Shown: piece by piece, positions 1-8,667 of the stretch
Layout: the number at the start of each line of letters is the position of its first letter
Numbering within the stretch: position 1 is the first letter of the stretch
Source of the DNA: an archaeon
GTDB lineage: Archaea; Thermoplasmatota; E2; UBA202; JdFR-43
Length of the DNA: 39,188 nucleotides
Direction of reading: 5' to 3'
Assembly: GCA_024275755.1 (NCBI GenBank)
Contig: JAJRYN010000100.1
Coordinates: 1-39,188 of the forward strand
Notes under the pieces: model-generated
The model's input: the letters and a program-made list of their open reading frames with translations, nothing else
Told to the model about the DNA's origin: nothing
Database searches by the model: none
Translations under genes and position numbers: made by a program

Positions 1-20
1 TGAGAAAATAGGGATTTAAT

Positions 21-467
21 ATGACAAAGATTTTCGTGATTAAAACACAAGTAGGGCAGGAAGAAAACGTTGCAAATTTATTTGAGAAAGCCAGCAGAAG
101 AACTGGAAAGATTTATGCCATACTTGCTCCAAAAGAGTTAAGGGGCTACATTTTTGTTGAAGGAGAGGATATAGAAACGATAAAGAGAATAATAAGACAC
201 ATGAGATATGCAAGAGACGTGCTTGAAAAAGATATAAAAATAGAAGAAATAGAGCATTTTCTGTTCCCACCTTCTGCAGTTGCAAACATTGAGGAAGGAA
301 TGATTGTGGAGTTAATAAGTGGGCCATTTAAAGGCGAGAAAGCAAAAGTTACTCGCATTGATGATGCAAAAGAAGAGATTACAGTCGAGCTATTAGATGC
401 AATGGTTCCAATTCCCATCACAGTTAGAGGAGAACAGGTTAGAATACTAAAGAAAGAGGAGGATTAA
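21..467 (+). CDS. spt5: transcription elongation factor Spt5 (archaeal NusG)
   Basis: 148-aa ORF with a KOW-type motif (GMIVELISGPFKGEKAKV). It ends 1 nt before the uL11 gene, the conserved archaeal spt5-rpl11 arrangement. Confidence 0.9.
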   Translation: MTKIFVIKTQVGQEENVANLFEKASRRTGKIYAILAPKELRGYIFVEGEDIETIKRIIRHMRYARDVLEKDIKIEEIEHFLFPPSAVANIEEGMIVELISGPFKGEKAKVTRIDDAKEEITVELLDAMVPIPITVRGEQVRILKKEED

Positions 468-468
468 A

Positions 469-948
469 ATGGCAGAAGAAGTAGAAGTTTTAGTTGAAGG
501 CGGAAAGGCTACAGCAGGCCCACCAATAGGCCCAGCTTTGGGCCCTCTAGGCTTAAACGTGGTAGAGGTAGTGAAAAAAATAAACGAACTTACAAAAGAT
601 TTTCAGGGAATGAAAGTGCCAGTTAAAATAATCGTTGACCCAGCAACAAAAAATTACGAGCTTAAGGTAGGCACACCACCAGCATCTGCACTAATTATGA
701 AAAGAGCAAATATTGAAAAAGGGTCATCAGATACAACTGCACCAGTAGGCAACATAACAATGAAAGATGTTATAGATATTGCAAAAATGAAAAAGAATGA
801 TTTAATGGGCAAAGATTTGAAGGCGAAAGCAAAAGAAATAGTGGGAACATGTGTTTCCATGGGAGTAACTATAGAAGGCATGAATGCAAAAGAAGTAATT
901 AAAAAAATAGAAGAAGGAGCGTTCGACGAACTCTTCAAAGAGGATTGA
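469..948 (+). CDS. rpl11: 50S ribosomal protein uL11
   Basis: 159 aa. The hallmark N-terminus GKATAGPPIGPALGPLGLN and its position right after spt5 support the call. Confidence 0.95.
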   Translation: MAEEVEVLVEGGKATAGPPIGPALGPLGLNVVEVVKKINELTKDFQGMKVPVKIIVDPATKNYELKVGTPPASALIMKRANIEKGSSDTTAPVGNITMKDVIDIAKMKKNDLMGKDLKAKAKEIVGTCVSMGVTIEGMNAKEVIKKIEEGAFDELFKED

Positions 949-2977
949 TTACGAAAATCTCTACCTCTTCACTCTTTTTATTTCCTGCATTGTCATATGC
1001 AATAACTTTTATTGTATGTGTTCCAAATGCTTTTTCTTCCCATGTCCATTCATAAGGAGTTGTGGTGTCCTCAGCCTTATATTCTCCATCCATATAGAAT
1101 TCTACTTTTGCAATACCTGCAAGTTCATCTGTTGCCTGTGCAACTATTGTTATTTTTCCAATAACTATAGCTTTCTGGCCAAGTATTGGCAACACTTCTC
1201 TATCAAAAATGTAAAGCTTACCAGGATGTGGTTTTTCAATGGCCAAGGAGGGCTTTGAATTATCAACAGTAAATTTGGCTGAGATATCCTTGCCCATATT
1301 TCCTGCTTCATCTACGGCAGAGATTTGTATTAAATATTCATTGCCATCTTCCAAGCCAGTTGTATTCCATAAATATTCACCATCATTCTCTGTGTTTCTA
1401 ACTATTCTATGCCATGTTAAACCATTGTTTGGACTGTATTTTATTGTTATACCTGTTATCTCTCCATTATCTGTTGCTTCCCATTTTATCAAAACTTCTC
1501 CTCCTACAACTTCTCCTCCTACAGGAAATACAATTTCAACATGTGGAGGAGATAAATCTTCAATTTCAAATTGATATACATTGCTAACATTTGCATTGCC
1601 TGAGGTATCGATGGCATAAATGTAGAATTCATATGTGCCAATTAAATTATATGACTTGCTGCAATAATATACACTGTCTGTTTTATTCTGGAAAATGCTG
1701 AAGTTTTCGTAGCTTCCATCTGGATATGTTATATTAATGCGAACATCTTCAACAGCTACATTATCTGTTACATTACATGAAATATTCACCAAGTCTCCAA
1801 TATTCTGCAATGATGGATTTGCTTCCACATCTTCTATTGCTGGAGGAGATAAATCTTCAATTTCAAATGAATATATGTCGCTAATATTTGAATTGCCTGA
1901 GGTATCGATGGCATAAATGTAGAATTCATATGTGCCAGTCATATTATAGGATTTAATGCAGTAGAATATGCTATCTGTTTTATTCTGGAAAATGCTGAAG
2001 TTTTCGTAGCTTCCATCTGGATATGTTATATTAATGCGAACATCTTCAACAGCTACATTATCTGTTACGCTGGCAGAAACGGTTACATTTTTACCAACAT
2101 CCTGTATGACAGGACTTGCTGCCACATCTTCTATGACTGGAGGAATAAAATCTCCTTCTATTATTTCAAATTGGTATGTGGCGGAAATGGCTTCATTTCC
2201 ATTCACATCTCTTGCATATATGGAGAAGTTATATACGCCAGCAAGAGAATATGCCTGATTGAAATAATATTTGCTGTTATGCTGCATTATGAATTCATGG
2301 AAGGTTGCATCAGGATATGTTATATTTACTTTTACTTCAGCAACACCAAAATCATCTGTTACAGTGCATGAAATGTTAACATATTCATTAATTTGCTGAA
2401 CATCTGGATTTGCATTTATATTGCTTATAACTGGTGGAGTATTATCAACTATACTAAATGAATAATTGAGCCATCCAATATTGCCAGCATCATCCATTGC
2501 CTTTATTCTGAATGTATAATCTCCTGCATTTAAACTGTAATAGCTTTTCTGTTTGGTATAACCCCATGCACTCCAATCTGCATCATATCCTTCAAGCATA
2601 TATGAAAATGTTATGTTTTTTGTTGACGAAACATCATCTGTTGCAGTCCATTCAAAATAAACGTCTCTGTAATCTATAGTTGCAGAGGGATAATCAATTA
2701 AAGTTATGTCTGGAGGAGTTACATCAACGGCAACACTCCCATTAAAAATTTCTATTTCAGTTGCATTTCCATTTTCATCAGAAATTATTGCATCTGAAAT
2801 GTTTATTGAAGTTATGCCTTCTTCAATTGTTTCAAATATAATGGTTGCAAATATTCCGCTTTTATTAATTGGCGAGGATGAAAAAGCAACAATATTTATG
2901 ATACTTCCATTCTGATTATCGATTTCTGTAAAATTATTTATCAAGTCATCAGCCCAGTATTCAAATAGCCCCCCCAT
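935..2977 (-). CDS. surface/secreted repeat protein, C-terminal 680-aa part (rest of cohesin-like domain, Y_Y_Y-type domain, tandem Ig-like repeats); frameshifted relative to 2961..3194
   Basis: The translation continues a cohesin-like domain (GLFEYWADDLINNFTEIDNQNGSIINIVAFSS...). It then shows a Y_Y_Y-like signature (FSYMLEGYDADWSAW...GDYTFRIKAMDDAGN) and three to four ~99-aa beta-sandwich repeats (NV(T/S)..VTDNVAVEDVRINITYPDGSYENFSIFQNKTDS...). C-terminal Ig-like domains follow (KVEFYMDGEY...IKVIAYDNAGN). This ORF has no signal peptide of its own; the signal peptide is on the upstream overlapping ORF. Confidence 0.75.
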   Translation of the reverse strand: MGGLFEYWADDLINNFTEIDNQNGSIINIVAFSSSPINKSGIFATIIFETIEEGITSINISDAIISDENGNATEIEIFNGSVAVDVTPPDITLIDYPSATIDYRDVYFEWTATDDVSSTKNITFSYMLEGYDADWSAWGYTKQKSYYSLNAGDYTFRIKAMDDAGNIGWLNYSFSIVDNTPPVISNINANPDVQQINEYVNISCTVTDDFGVAEVKVNITYPDATFHEFIMQHNSKYYFNQAYSLAGVYNFSIYARDVNGNEAISATYQFEIIEGDFIPPVIEDVAASPVIQDVGKNVTVSASVTDNVAVEDVRINITYPDGSYENFSIFQNKTDSIFYCIKSYNMTGTYEFYIYAIDTSGNSNISDIYSFEIEDLSPPAIEDVEANPSLQNIGDLVNISCNVTDNVAVEDVRINITYPDGSYENFSIFQNKTDSVYYCSKSYNLIGTYEFYIYAIDTSGNANVSNVYQFEIEDLSPPHVEIVFPVGGEVVGGEVLIKWEATDNGEITGITIKYSPNNGLTWHRIVRNTENDGEYLWNTTGLEDGNEYLIQISAVDEAGNMGKDISAKFTVDNSKPSLAIEKPHPGKLYIFDREVLPILGQKAIVIGKITIVAQATDELAGIAKVEFYMDGEYKAEDTTTPYEWTWEEKAFGTHTIKVIAYDNAGNKKSEEVEIFVINPL
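1545..2138 (-). repeat. two adjacent 297-bp (99-codon) intragenic tandem repeat units; a more diverged third unit follows at about 2139-2435
   Basis: The string ggaggagataaatcttcaatttcaaat starts at 1545 and again at 1842, giving a 297-nt period. Perfectly identical blocks of ~95 nt (1677-1771 = 1974-2068) and ~46 nt were seen by eye. Confidence 0.9.
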
Positions 2978-3194
2978 TCCTTACTTCTTTTGCTAAAAGA
3001 ATACTGCTGTTAAAAAATATATTGCATTGAGCACCCGATATATTTTCAGAAGGTATAACTGTTATATTAACGAAAATGGTTTCATTGGTTTTGCTGTATG
3101 TGAAAGATGGCTCTATTTTCATGATATTCTTTCCTTCCGCCTTTATAAAAAATATAATGAATAGGAGGATGACGAATGTGATTAATTTTTTCAT
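2961..3194 (-). CDS. N-terminal fragment of the same surface protein (signal peptide plus start of cohesin-like domain)
   Basis: MKKLITFVILLFIIFFIKAEG is a signal-peptide-like N-terminus. The ORF ends inside a G7 run (minus strand), and the reading continues in another frame as ORF 935..2977. Confidence 0.6.
   Translation of the reverse strand: MKKLITFVILLFIIFFIKAEGKNIMKIEPSFTYSKTNETIFVNITVIPSENISGAQCNIFFNSSILLAKEVRNGGAI
2969..2975. other. C7/G7 homopolymer, the frameshift site joining ORFs 2961..3194 and 935..2977
   Basis: Minus strand reads AAT GGG GGG GCT ATT TGA. Removing one G gives ...KEVRNGGLFEYWADD..., a continuous cohesin-like sequence. Confidence 0.7.
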
Positions 3195-3280
3195 TTTACC
3201 ACTGAGGTTCTATTCAGTTGAATTATATCAGTGCTTTTAAAATTTATCAATTTTAATGTGTAAATATTTATAAATTCTGT

Positions 3281-3288
3281 TTTATATA
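3281..3288 (+). promoter_or_regulatory. candidate archaeal TATA box for the metal-regulator/ABC operon
   Basis: TTTATATA is centred ~30 nt upstream of the ATG at 3315, which implies a leaderless or very short-leader mRNA. Confidence 0.35.
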
Positions 3289-3289
3289 T

Positions 3290-3302
3290 CTAACAAAGTT
3301 AG
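3290..3302 (+). promoter_or_regulatory. inverted repeat CTAAC-AAA-GTTAG, candidate operator for the DtxR-family repressor
   Basis: Perfect 5-3-5 palindrome between the putative TATA box and the start codon of the repressor gene it would autoregulate. Confidence 0.3.
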
Positions 3303-3314
3303 AGTAGTGATACT

Positions 3315-3698
3315 ATGCACCGTTACATGAAAGAAATATATAGGGCTTATGAAAATGGCCTGCCTGTTGTGGGCCCAACTTATCTTTCGCAGGCATTGGG
3401 AATAAGTAAATCGACAGCGCATCATATGTTGAAAAATCTGGCAAAAAAAGGATATGGGAAATATATTGAAAGAAAGGGTTTCATAATAAATTCTGAGGGT
3501 ATAAAAGAGGCGAAAAAAATAATGAGGAAACATCGCCTCCTAGAGTGTTTCTTTGTTGACATATTCTCTTTAGATGCCAGCCAGGCGTGTAAGGAGGCAA
3601 ATAGAATAGATGCATTTGCTGGTGATGAATTGATTAAATTGATTGAGGAAAAATTTGATTATAAATGCTGTCCATGTGGTAACGAGATACCAAAATGA
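3315..3698 (+). CDS. DtxR/MntR-family metal-dependent transcriptional repressor
   Basis: 127 aa. It has a winged-helix region (LSQALGISKSTAHHMLKNLAKKGY), an RKHRLLECF dimerisation/metal-domain motif and a C-terminal CPCGNEIP (CPHG-like) motif. Its end overlaps the downstream SBP gene by 4 nt. Confidence 0.85.
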   Translation: MHRYMKEIYRAYENGLPVVGPTYLSQALGISKSTAHHMLKNLAKKGYGKYIERKGFIINSEGIKEAKKIMRKHRLLECFFVDIFSLDASQACKEANRIDAFAGDELIKLIEEKFDYKCCPCGNEIPK

Positions 3699-4666
3699 AG
3701 GCGAAATGGATTATATTGGCTGTTATATTATTCATTCCCGTCTCATCTGCTGAGATAAACATAGTTGTTTCTCTTCCTGATTTTGAACCTCTTGTCAGAG
3801 AAATAGGGGGAGATGAAGTAAATATATCTGTGATTCTACCATCGGGTACAGATCCTCATGCCTTTTCCATTACAAAAGAAACTGTAGACAAAATAAAGAA
3901 TGCTGATTTGGTTATTCTGGCGAATTCTGCCCTCCTTTCATATGAAAGAAATATAAAAGAGAATTATGAGAAAAATTATCTGGACTTTGAGGATTACGAG
4001 AAAAATGGAGCTGAGCTATTTGATTTTGGGGATTATAAAAAGAATCCACATGGATACTGGCTTTATGTGAATAATAGCATAGCCATTGCAAGAACAATAG
4101 CATATAAACTTGCTGAAATAGAGCCAGAAAAGGCAGATTATTTTATTTCCTCCTTTAATAATTTTGAGAACAGACTCTTGGAAGCAGAAAAAATTGTAAT
4201 GAAGAAGGCGAAAGAGAATGATATTTATGGCAAAAAAGTGGTTGCTTCTGTGCCTGGAGTTTGCTATATAGCAAAAAATGTTGGTATGGAAGCAGATAAA
4301 ATTTTATTTTCTGAAGGTGCAGGCACGATAAGCATGGAAGAGATGAAAGAAATAAAGAATGGGCTGAAAAGTAAAGAATATGCTGCAATAATTGTGCCTG
4401 AAATTTTCAGGAACGCAAAAGTGGGAGATGTTGCAAGACAAATTGCTATGGATAGCAATTCATCTGTAATATATGTGAAATTTGCAGAGGGAGGAGAAAG
4501 CTATATTAACCTGTTTTATTACAACGCCATTACAATCATTTCTACGGGAAATCAGAGGGTTAGCCAGGAAAAATATAATTTATGGCTAGTTTATCTATCA
4601 ATTTCTCTTGCATTATTGGCTGCTTTTGAGGCTTTCCTTTTATACAAATACAGGGAGATAAAATGA
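3695..4666 (+). CDS. metal ABC transporter substrate-binding protein (ZnuA/TroA/MntC cluster)
   Basis: N-terminal signal sequence and a DPHAF motif typical of the family. There is no His-rich loop. A C-terminal hydrophobic helix (LWLVYLSISLALLAAFEAFLLY) suggests a membrane anchor. Operon context with the ATPase and permease supports the call. Confidence 0.85.
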   Translation: MKAKWIILAVILFIPVSSAEINIVVSLPDFEPLVREIGGDEVNISVILPSGTDPHAFSITKETVDKIKNADLVILANSALLSYERNIKENYEKNYLDFEDYEKNGAELFDFGDYKKNPHGYWLYVNNSIAIARTIAYKLAEIEPEKADYFISSFNNFENRLLEAEKIVMKKAKENDIYGKKVVASVPGVCYIAKNVGMEADKILFSEGAGTISMEEMKEIKNGLKSKEYAAIIVPEIFRNAKVGDVARQIAMDSNSSVIYVKFAEGGESYINLFYYNAITIISTGNQRVSQEKYNLWLVYLSISLALLAAFEAFLLYKYREIK

Positions 4667-5409
4667 TTGAAGTAAAGAATGTTAGCTATGCTTACAACGG
4701 CAATATTGCATTGCAAAATGTTACCTTTTCAAGCAAAGATGAGTTTGTTGCAGTAATGGGTCCAAATGGCTCTGGAAAAACAACTTTAATAAAGCTCATC
4801 ATGGGGCTGCTTGAGTCAGAAAAAGGAGAGATAAAAGTTTTTGGAAGAGAAGCTAAGGAAGCTAGAAATTTAATTGGCTATATGCCCCAAAAAGATACGA
4901 TAGCAAGACATTTCCCAATAAGGGTTAAGGATATTGTTTTGATGGGAACGACAAAAAGAAGATTTTATACAAAGGAAGATATTGAAAAGGCAAAAAAATC
5001 GCTTGAAGAAGTGGGTTTGCCGCATCTATGGAATGAAAGATTTTCTTCCTTAAGTCAAGGACAGCAGCAGCGCGTTATGTTTGCAAGAGCTTTAGCAAAA
5101 GAGCCGAAATTGCTTATTCTTGATGAGCCGTTCAGTGCTGTTGATTTGCCAAGCAGAGATAAAATGATAGATATACTCAATGAAAAAAGAAGAGAAGGAA
5201 TGGAAATAATTATTGTGGTGCATAATATAAATCCAATTCTGCATGAAATTGATAAAGTTTTGCTGCTGAATAAAAAGGCAATTGCATTTGGCTCACCAAG
5301 AGAAGTCCTGAATCAGGAGACCCTGAAAAAAGCATACGGGACAGACATTCAGATTGTTGTGTGCAAGGAAGGGTATTGCCATCCTTTGATAGGGGATGAA
5401 CATGCTTGA
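4663..5409 (+). CDS. metal ABC transporter ATP-binding protein
   Basis: Walker A GPNGSGKTT, ABC signature LSQGQQQR and Walker B LLILDEP. ATGA overlap with the SBP gene. Confidence 0.9.
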   Translation: MIEVKNVSYAYNGNIALQNVTFSSKDEFVAVMGPNGSGKTTLIKLIMGLLESEKGEIKVFGREAKEARNLIGYMPQKDTIARHFPIRVKDIVLMGTTKRRFYTKEDIEKAKKSLEEVGLPHLWNERFSSLSQGQQQRVMFARALAKEPKLLILDEPFSAVDLPSRDKMIDILNEKRREGMEIIIVVHNINPILHEIDKVLLLNKKAIAFGSPREVLNQETLKKAYGTDIQIVVCKEGYCHPLIGDEHA

Positions 5410-6181
5410 TGAGTTTATTATAAGGGCAATAATTGCTATTTTGCTACTTGCCATAAATGCTTCTATAGCAGGCACTTTTACAATATTCAAGGACATGCCT
5501 TTTTTAGTTGCTGGCTCTGCTCACGCTGCATTAGCTGGGGCGGCAATGATGATAGCTCTGGAGAACTATATTAACATCAACCCACTTTTTGGAGCGATTA
5601 TCTTTGCCATACTGGTTGCTTTTTCAGCTGCAAAGGCAAAACAGGCGAATGTGGCAATAGGCATAGCATTTGCTTTTTCAATGGCTGTAGCTGTTCTGTT
5701 TATCTCTTTAATAAAGGAGCAGGCAGCAAGAGTATGGGGACTATTATTTGGAGATTTATTACTCCTTACAAATGATGATATATTCCTCATGGCTATCGCA
5801 ACAGTCCTCATCATAATAGTCTGCCTTGCATTCAATAGGGAATTCCTTTTCATATCTTTTGATATGGAGGGTGCAATGGTTCAGGGAATCAAAGCAAATT
5901 TTTTCAACTATCTTCTCCTTTCCATCATTGCCGTCTCAACTGTAGTAACCATGAAAGCAGTTGGAGCAATTTTAGTATATGCAATGCTCATCGCCCCGGC
6001 AGCAGCAGCTAATAAAAAAGCAGGCAGCATAGCAGGCGTTTTTACAATGGCAGCATTTTTCGCACTGTTTGCAGGCTTTATTGGCTTACTCCTTTCCATC
6101 TATTTTCCATTTTCACCCTCTGCAATTGCTGCTCTAGTTGCAACATCCATCTATTTCATTCTATATAAAAAGGGGTCGTGA
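5396..6181 (+). CDS. metal ABC transporter permease (ZnuB/TroC-like)
   Basis: 261 aa, highly hydrophobic multi-pass protein. It overlaps the ATPase gene by 14 nt. Confidence 0.85.
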   Translation: MNMLDEFIIRAIIAILLLAINASIAGTFTIFKDMPFLVAGSAHAALAGAAMMIALENYININPLFGAIIFAILVAFSAAKAKQANVAIGIAFAFSMAVAVLFISLIKEQAARVWGLLFGDLLLLTNDDIFLMAIATVLIIIVCLAFNREFLFISFDMEGAMVQGIKANFFNYLLLSIIAVSTVVTMKAVGAILVYAMLIAPAAAANKKAGSIAGVFTMAAFFALFAGFIGLLLSIYFPFSPSAIAALVATSIYFILYKKGS

Positions 6182-6219
6182 CGAAAATATTTTAATAAAA
6201 ATTGCTATTCCATTTTTAA

Positions 6220-6336
6220 GCCCCGGTGGTGTAGCGGTTATCATGCGGGCCTGTCGCGAATCCTTTGGAAAAGAAGTTTCACCGCCAAAGGGTTTGCAGA
6301 GAGCCCGCGACCCGAGTTCAAATCTCGGCCGGGGCG
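6220..6336 (+). tRNA. tRNA-Asp (GUC) with a 45-nt intron at 37/38 (intron 6257..6301)
   Basis: Hand-folded: acceptor GCCCCGG/CCGGGGC, anticodon stem CGGGC/GCCCG, loop CTGTCG|A, T arm CCGAG-TTCAAAT-CTCGG, discriminator G. The BHB has central helix CTGT/GCAG, bulges CG|C and AG|A, and inner helix GAATCCTTTGG/CCAAAGGGTTT. Confidence 0.9.
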
Positions 6337-6384
6337 CTTTCTGATTTTTACGCAATATTAAATATAAACTTATTATTTAGCAGT

Positions 6385-8667
6385 GTGAAGATAGGGGATG
6401 TAATTGCCAGAAATAGAAAAAAAGGAACCCTCATTATTATTTTAGTAACAGGGCTGTTTCTGACAGTTATTGCTGTAAATGGCATAAAATATGAATTTGA
6501 GGAAGAAAGTTTTCTGCCAAAAAATGAGGTTGTAGAGGCAAATGAGAGAGTAATAAAGGAATACACAAATGAATATTTGGTACCCATCCTTGTTAAATCT
6601 AAAGATGGAAATATTTTACGAAAAGATAATCTGCTAGAAATACTTGACATGGAAAAAAGATTGTATGAAAATTTCAGCGTGATGCCTTTTAGTGTAGCCG
6701 ATATAATATCCTCTGCCTTTCTTTACATTCAAAATGAAACAAACATGAGTTATGAGAATAAAATAGAAGCGATGCAACAAATAAGCAATAAAAATATAAC
6801 TCAAATGCTAAATTTTCCATTTTTTCCTAAAGAATCCTTTTCTCTCTTGCTTTCAAATGATTTTGATGGAAAAAAGGCAGAAGCGACAGTAATAAAATTT
6901 GGTCTGAATGGCTCTCTAATAAAAGATAAAAAAGCTGCTTTGGAGAATGAAAGCAAAGTGGAGAAAACTGTGCAGCAAAATTATACTCATGTTGAAACAG
7001 ATGTTTTAGGAGCCAGAATCATCTCAGAAAAAATAATGAAAGCAAATAGCAAATCGATATCTCTTTTGCTTCCAATTTCCTTTATTTTAGTAATCATGGT
7101 TCTCTTCTTCATTTACAGGAACATTAAAGAAGTGATTCTGAGTTTACTGGCCCTTGGCATAGCTATTTTATGGATGACCGGGTTTGGTGCATTACTTGGC
7201 TATACATTCAATCCCATGATTACATCTATCCCTGTTTTGCTTGTCGGCTTGGGCATCGATTATGGTATTCACATCAAGAAAAGAATTAATGAGGATGGCA
7301 TAAGGAAGGGATTAAATAGCATCTCTACTGCCCTATTTTTATCCGCCTTCACTACCTCAATAGCTTTTCTTTCAAATATTTCCTCTTCCATTTCCACATT
7401 GAAGGAATTCGGGATTCTCGCATCCTTTGGCATTTTTTCCTGCCTTTTTGTAATGTTAATTTTTATGGCTGCCCCTGCCAGAAAAGAGAAGGGCAAAGAT
7501 AAGATAATATTAAACAAGCTGGCTATCATTGCAAAAGAAAAAAAGAAGACGATATTGATTGCAGCTTTGTTGACGACAATAGCCATATCGTATTTTGCCA
7601 CTACAATAGAGGCGGAATTTGATATGATGGATTTCCTGCCAGAAAAATTGGAAATAACTGGTGAAATAAATTATCTGCTGAAAAATTTCGAAGCAGCAGA
7701 AGGGGAAGAAGCAATTATAATGATAAAAGGAAACGTAGCCGATCCAGAAATGCTTAAAAAAATACATTCTATTGAGGAAAATATAAAAGATGATGCATAT
7801 GTTGTTAAGGCAAAGGATTCAATACTTTCGGTACTATCTTTAATGGAGGATTATGCAGAGAAAACATTTTATGATATGAGATATAACGAGAGTTTTGCGC
7901 TGTTATATAAAAATTATTTCGAGAATGGGCTGCCAAAAGAAAATGTAACAGAAGAAAATATCATCCAGTTATATAATTTGCTTTATGAAATAGCCCCATA
8001 TGATGTAAAGAAAGTCCTACATAGAAATGAAGGGTATGACGAATGCATAATAAGAATTGCCACAGACACCGGAAAAAAAGAGAATAATATAAGTGTGTTG
8101 TATAGTGAACTCAAGAAAGATTTAAATGGCAATCAAGGAATCATCACAGGAAGAATAATTTCCAGCTATATCATACTTAGGGAATTCAGAAGCAGCCAGA
8201 TAAAATCTTTACTAATAACAATACTCCTTTCCTTTTTAATTCTTGAGATAGTATTTTTGAAAATAAAGAAGTCAATATTAATTGGAATATTATCTCTGAT
8301 ACCTGTTATTCTTTCTGCAATATGGATTATTGGAACAATGGCAATACTTGGTATTCCTCTAACGATAACAACCATAACAGTTGCATCCCTGGCAGTTGGA
8401 CTGGGTATAGATTATTCAATACATATGAGCCACCGCTTTATGCAGGAAAATGACTTGGTAAAATCTGTAACATCCACTGGTTCTGCTTTGCTCGGCTCGG
8501 CTCTCACTACAATAGCTGCTTTTGGCTTGCTTTCCTTTTCCTTTCTTCCCCCTCTGCGTATATTTGGTGTCGCAATAGCAATAGCCATTTTTTATAGCTT
8601 CATATTATGTGTTTTCATTCTGCCTGTTTTGCTGGAGATGTGGAAATCATCTCCATTCTTCAAGTAG
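6385..8667 (+). CDS. RND-superfamily exporter, HAE3/MMPL-like (12-TM, two large extracytoplasmic loops)
   Basis: Duplicated GLGIDY(G/S)IH motifs and two blocks of TM helices. The ORF-track start (6265) lies inside tRNA-Asp, and the first in-frame ATG lies beyond TM1. I therefore propose the GTG at 6385 (VKIGDVIARNRKKGTLIIILV...) as the start; this start is uncertain. Confidence 0.8.
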   Translation: MKIGDVIARNRKKGTLIIILVTGLFLTVIAVNGIKYEFEEESFLPKNEVVEANERVIKEYTNEYLVPILVKSKDGNILRKDNLLEILDMEKRLYENFSVMPFSVADIISSAFLYIQNETNMSYENKIEAMQQISNKNITQMLNFPFFPKESFSLLLSNDFDGKKAEATVIKFGLNGSLIKDKKAALENESKVEKTVQQNYTHVETDVLGARIISEKIMKANSKSISLLLPISFILVIMVLFFIYRNIKEVILSLLALGIAILWMTGFGALLGYTFNPMITSIPVLLVGLGIDYGIHIKKRINEDGIRKGLNSISTALFLSAFTTSIAFLSNISSSISTLKEFGILASFGIFSCLFVMLIFMAAPARKEKGKDKIILNKLAIIAKEKKKTILIAALLTTIAISYFATTIEAEFDMMDFLPEKLEITGEINYLLKNFEAAEGEEAIIMIKGNVADPEMLKKIHSIEENIKDDAYVVKAKDSILSVLSLMEDYAEKTFYDMRYNESFALLYKNYFENGLPKENVTEENIIQLYNLLYEIAPYDVKKVLHRNEGYDECIIRIATDTGKKENNISVLYSELKKDLNGNQGIITGRIISSYIILREFRSSQIKSLLITILLSFLILEIVFLKIKKSILIGILSLIPVILSAIWIIGTMAILGIPLTITTITVASLAVGLGIDYSIHMSHRFMQENDLVKSVTSTGSALLGSALTTIAAFGLLSFSFLPPLRIFGVAIAIAIFYSFILCVFILPVLLEMWKSSPFFK

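Noticed and set aside
1545-2435. Possibility that the regularly spaced repeats represent a CRISPR array or a mobile-element terminus
   Set aside because: The period is 297 nt, in frame and coding for Ig-like domains within one long ORF. There is no short repeat/spacer architecture and no cas or transposase genes.
6265-6384. N-terminal 40 codons of ORF 6265..8667 (MEKKFHRQRVCREPATRVQISAGAL...)
   Set aside because: This stretch is the translation of tRNA-Asp (6220-6336) and its trailer. The real exporter must start downstream, and I propose GTG 6385.
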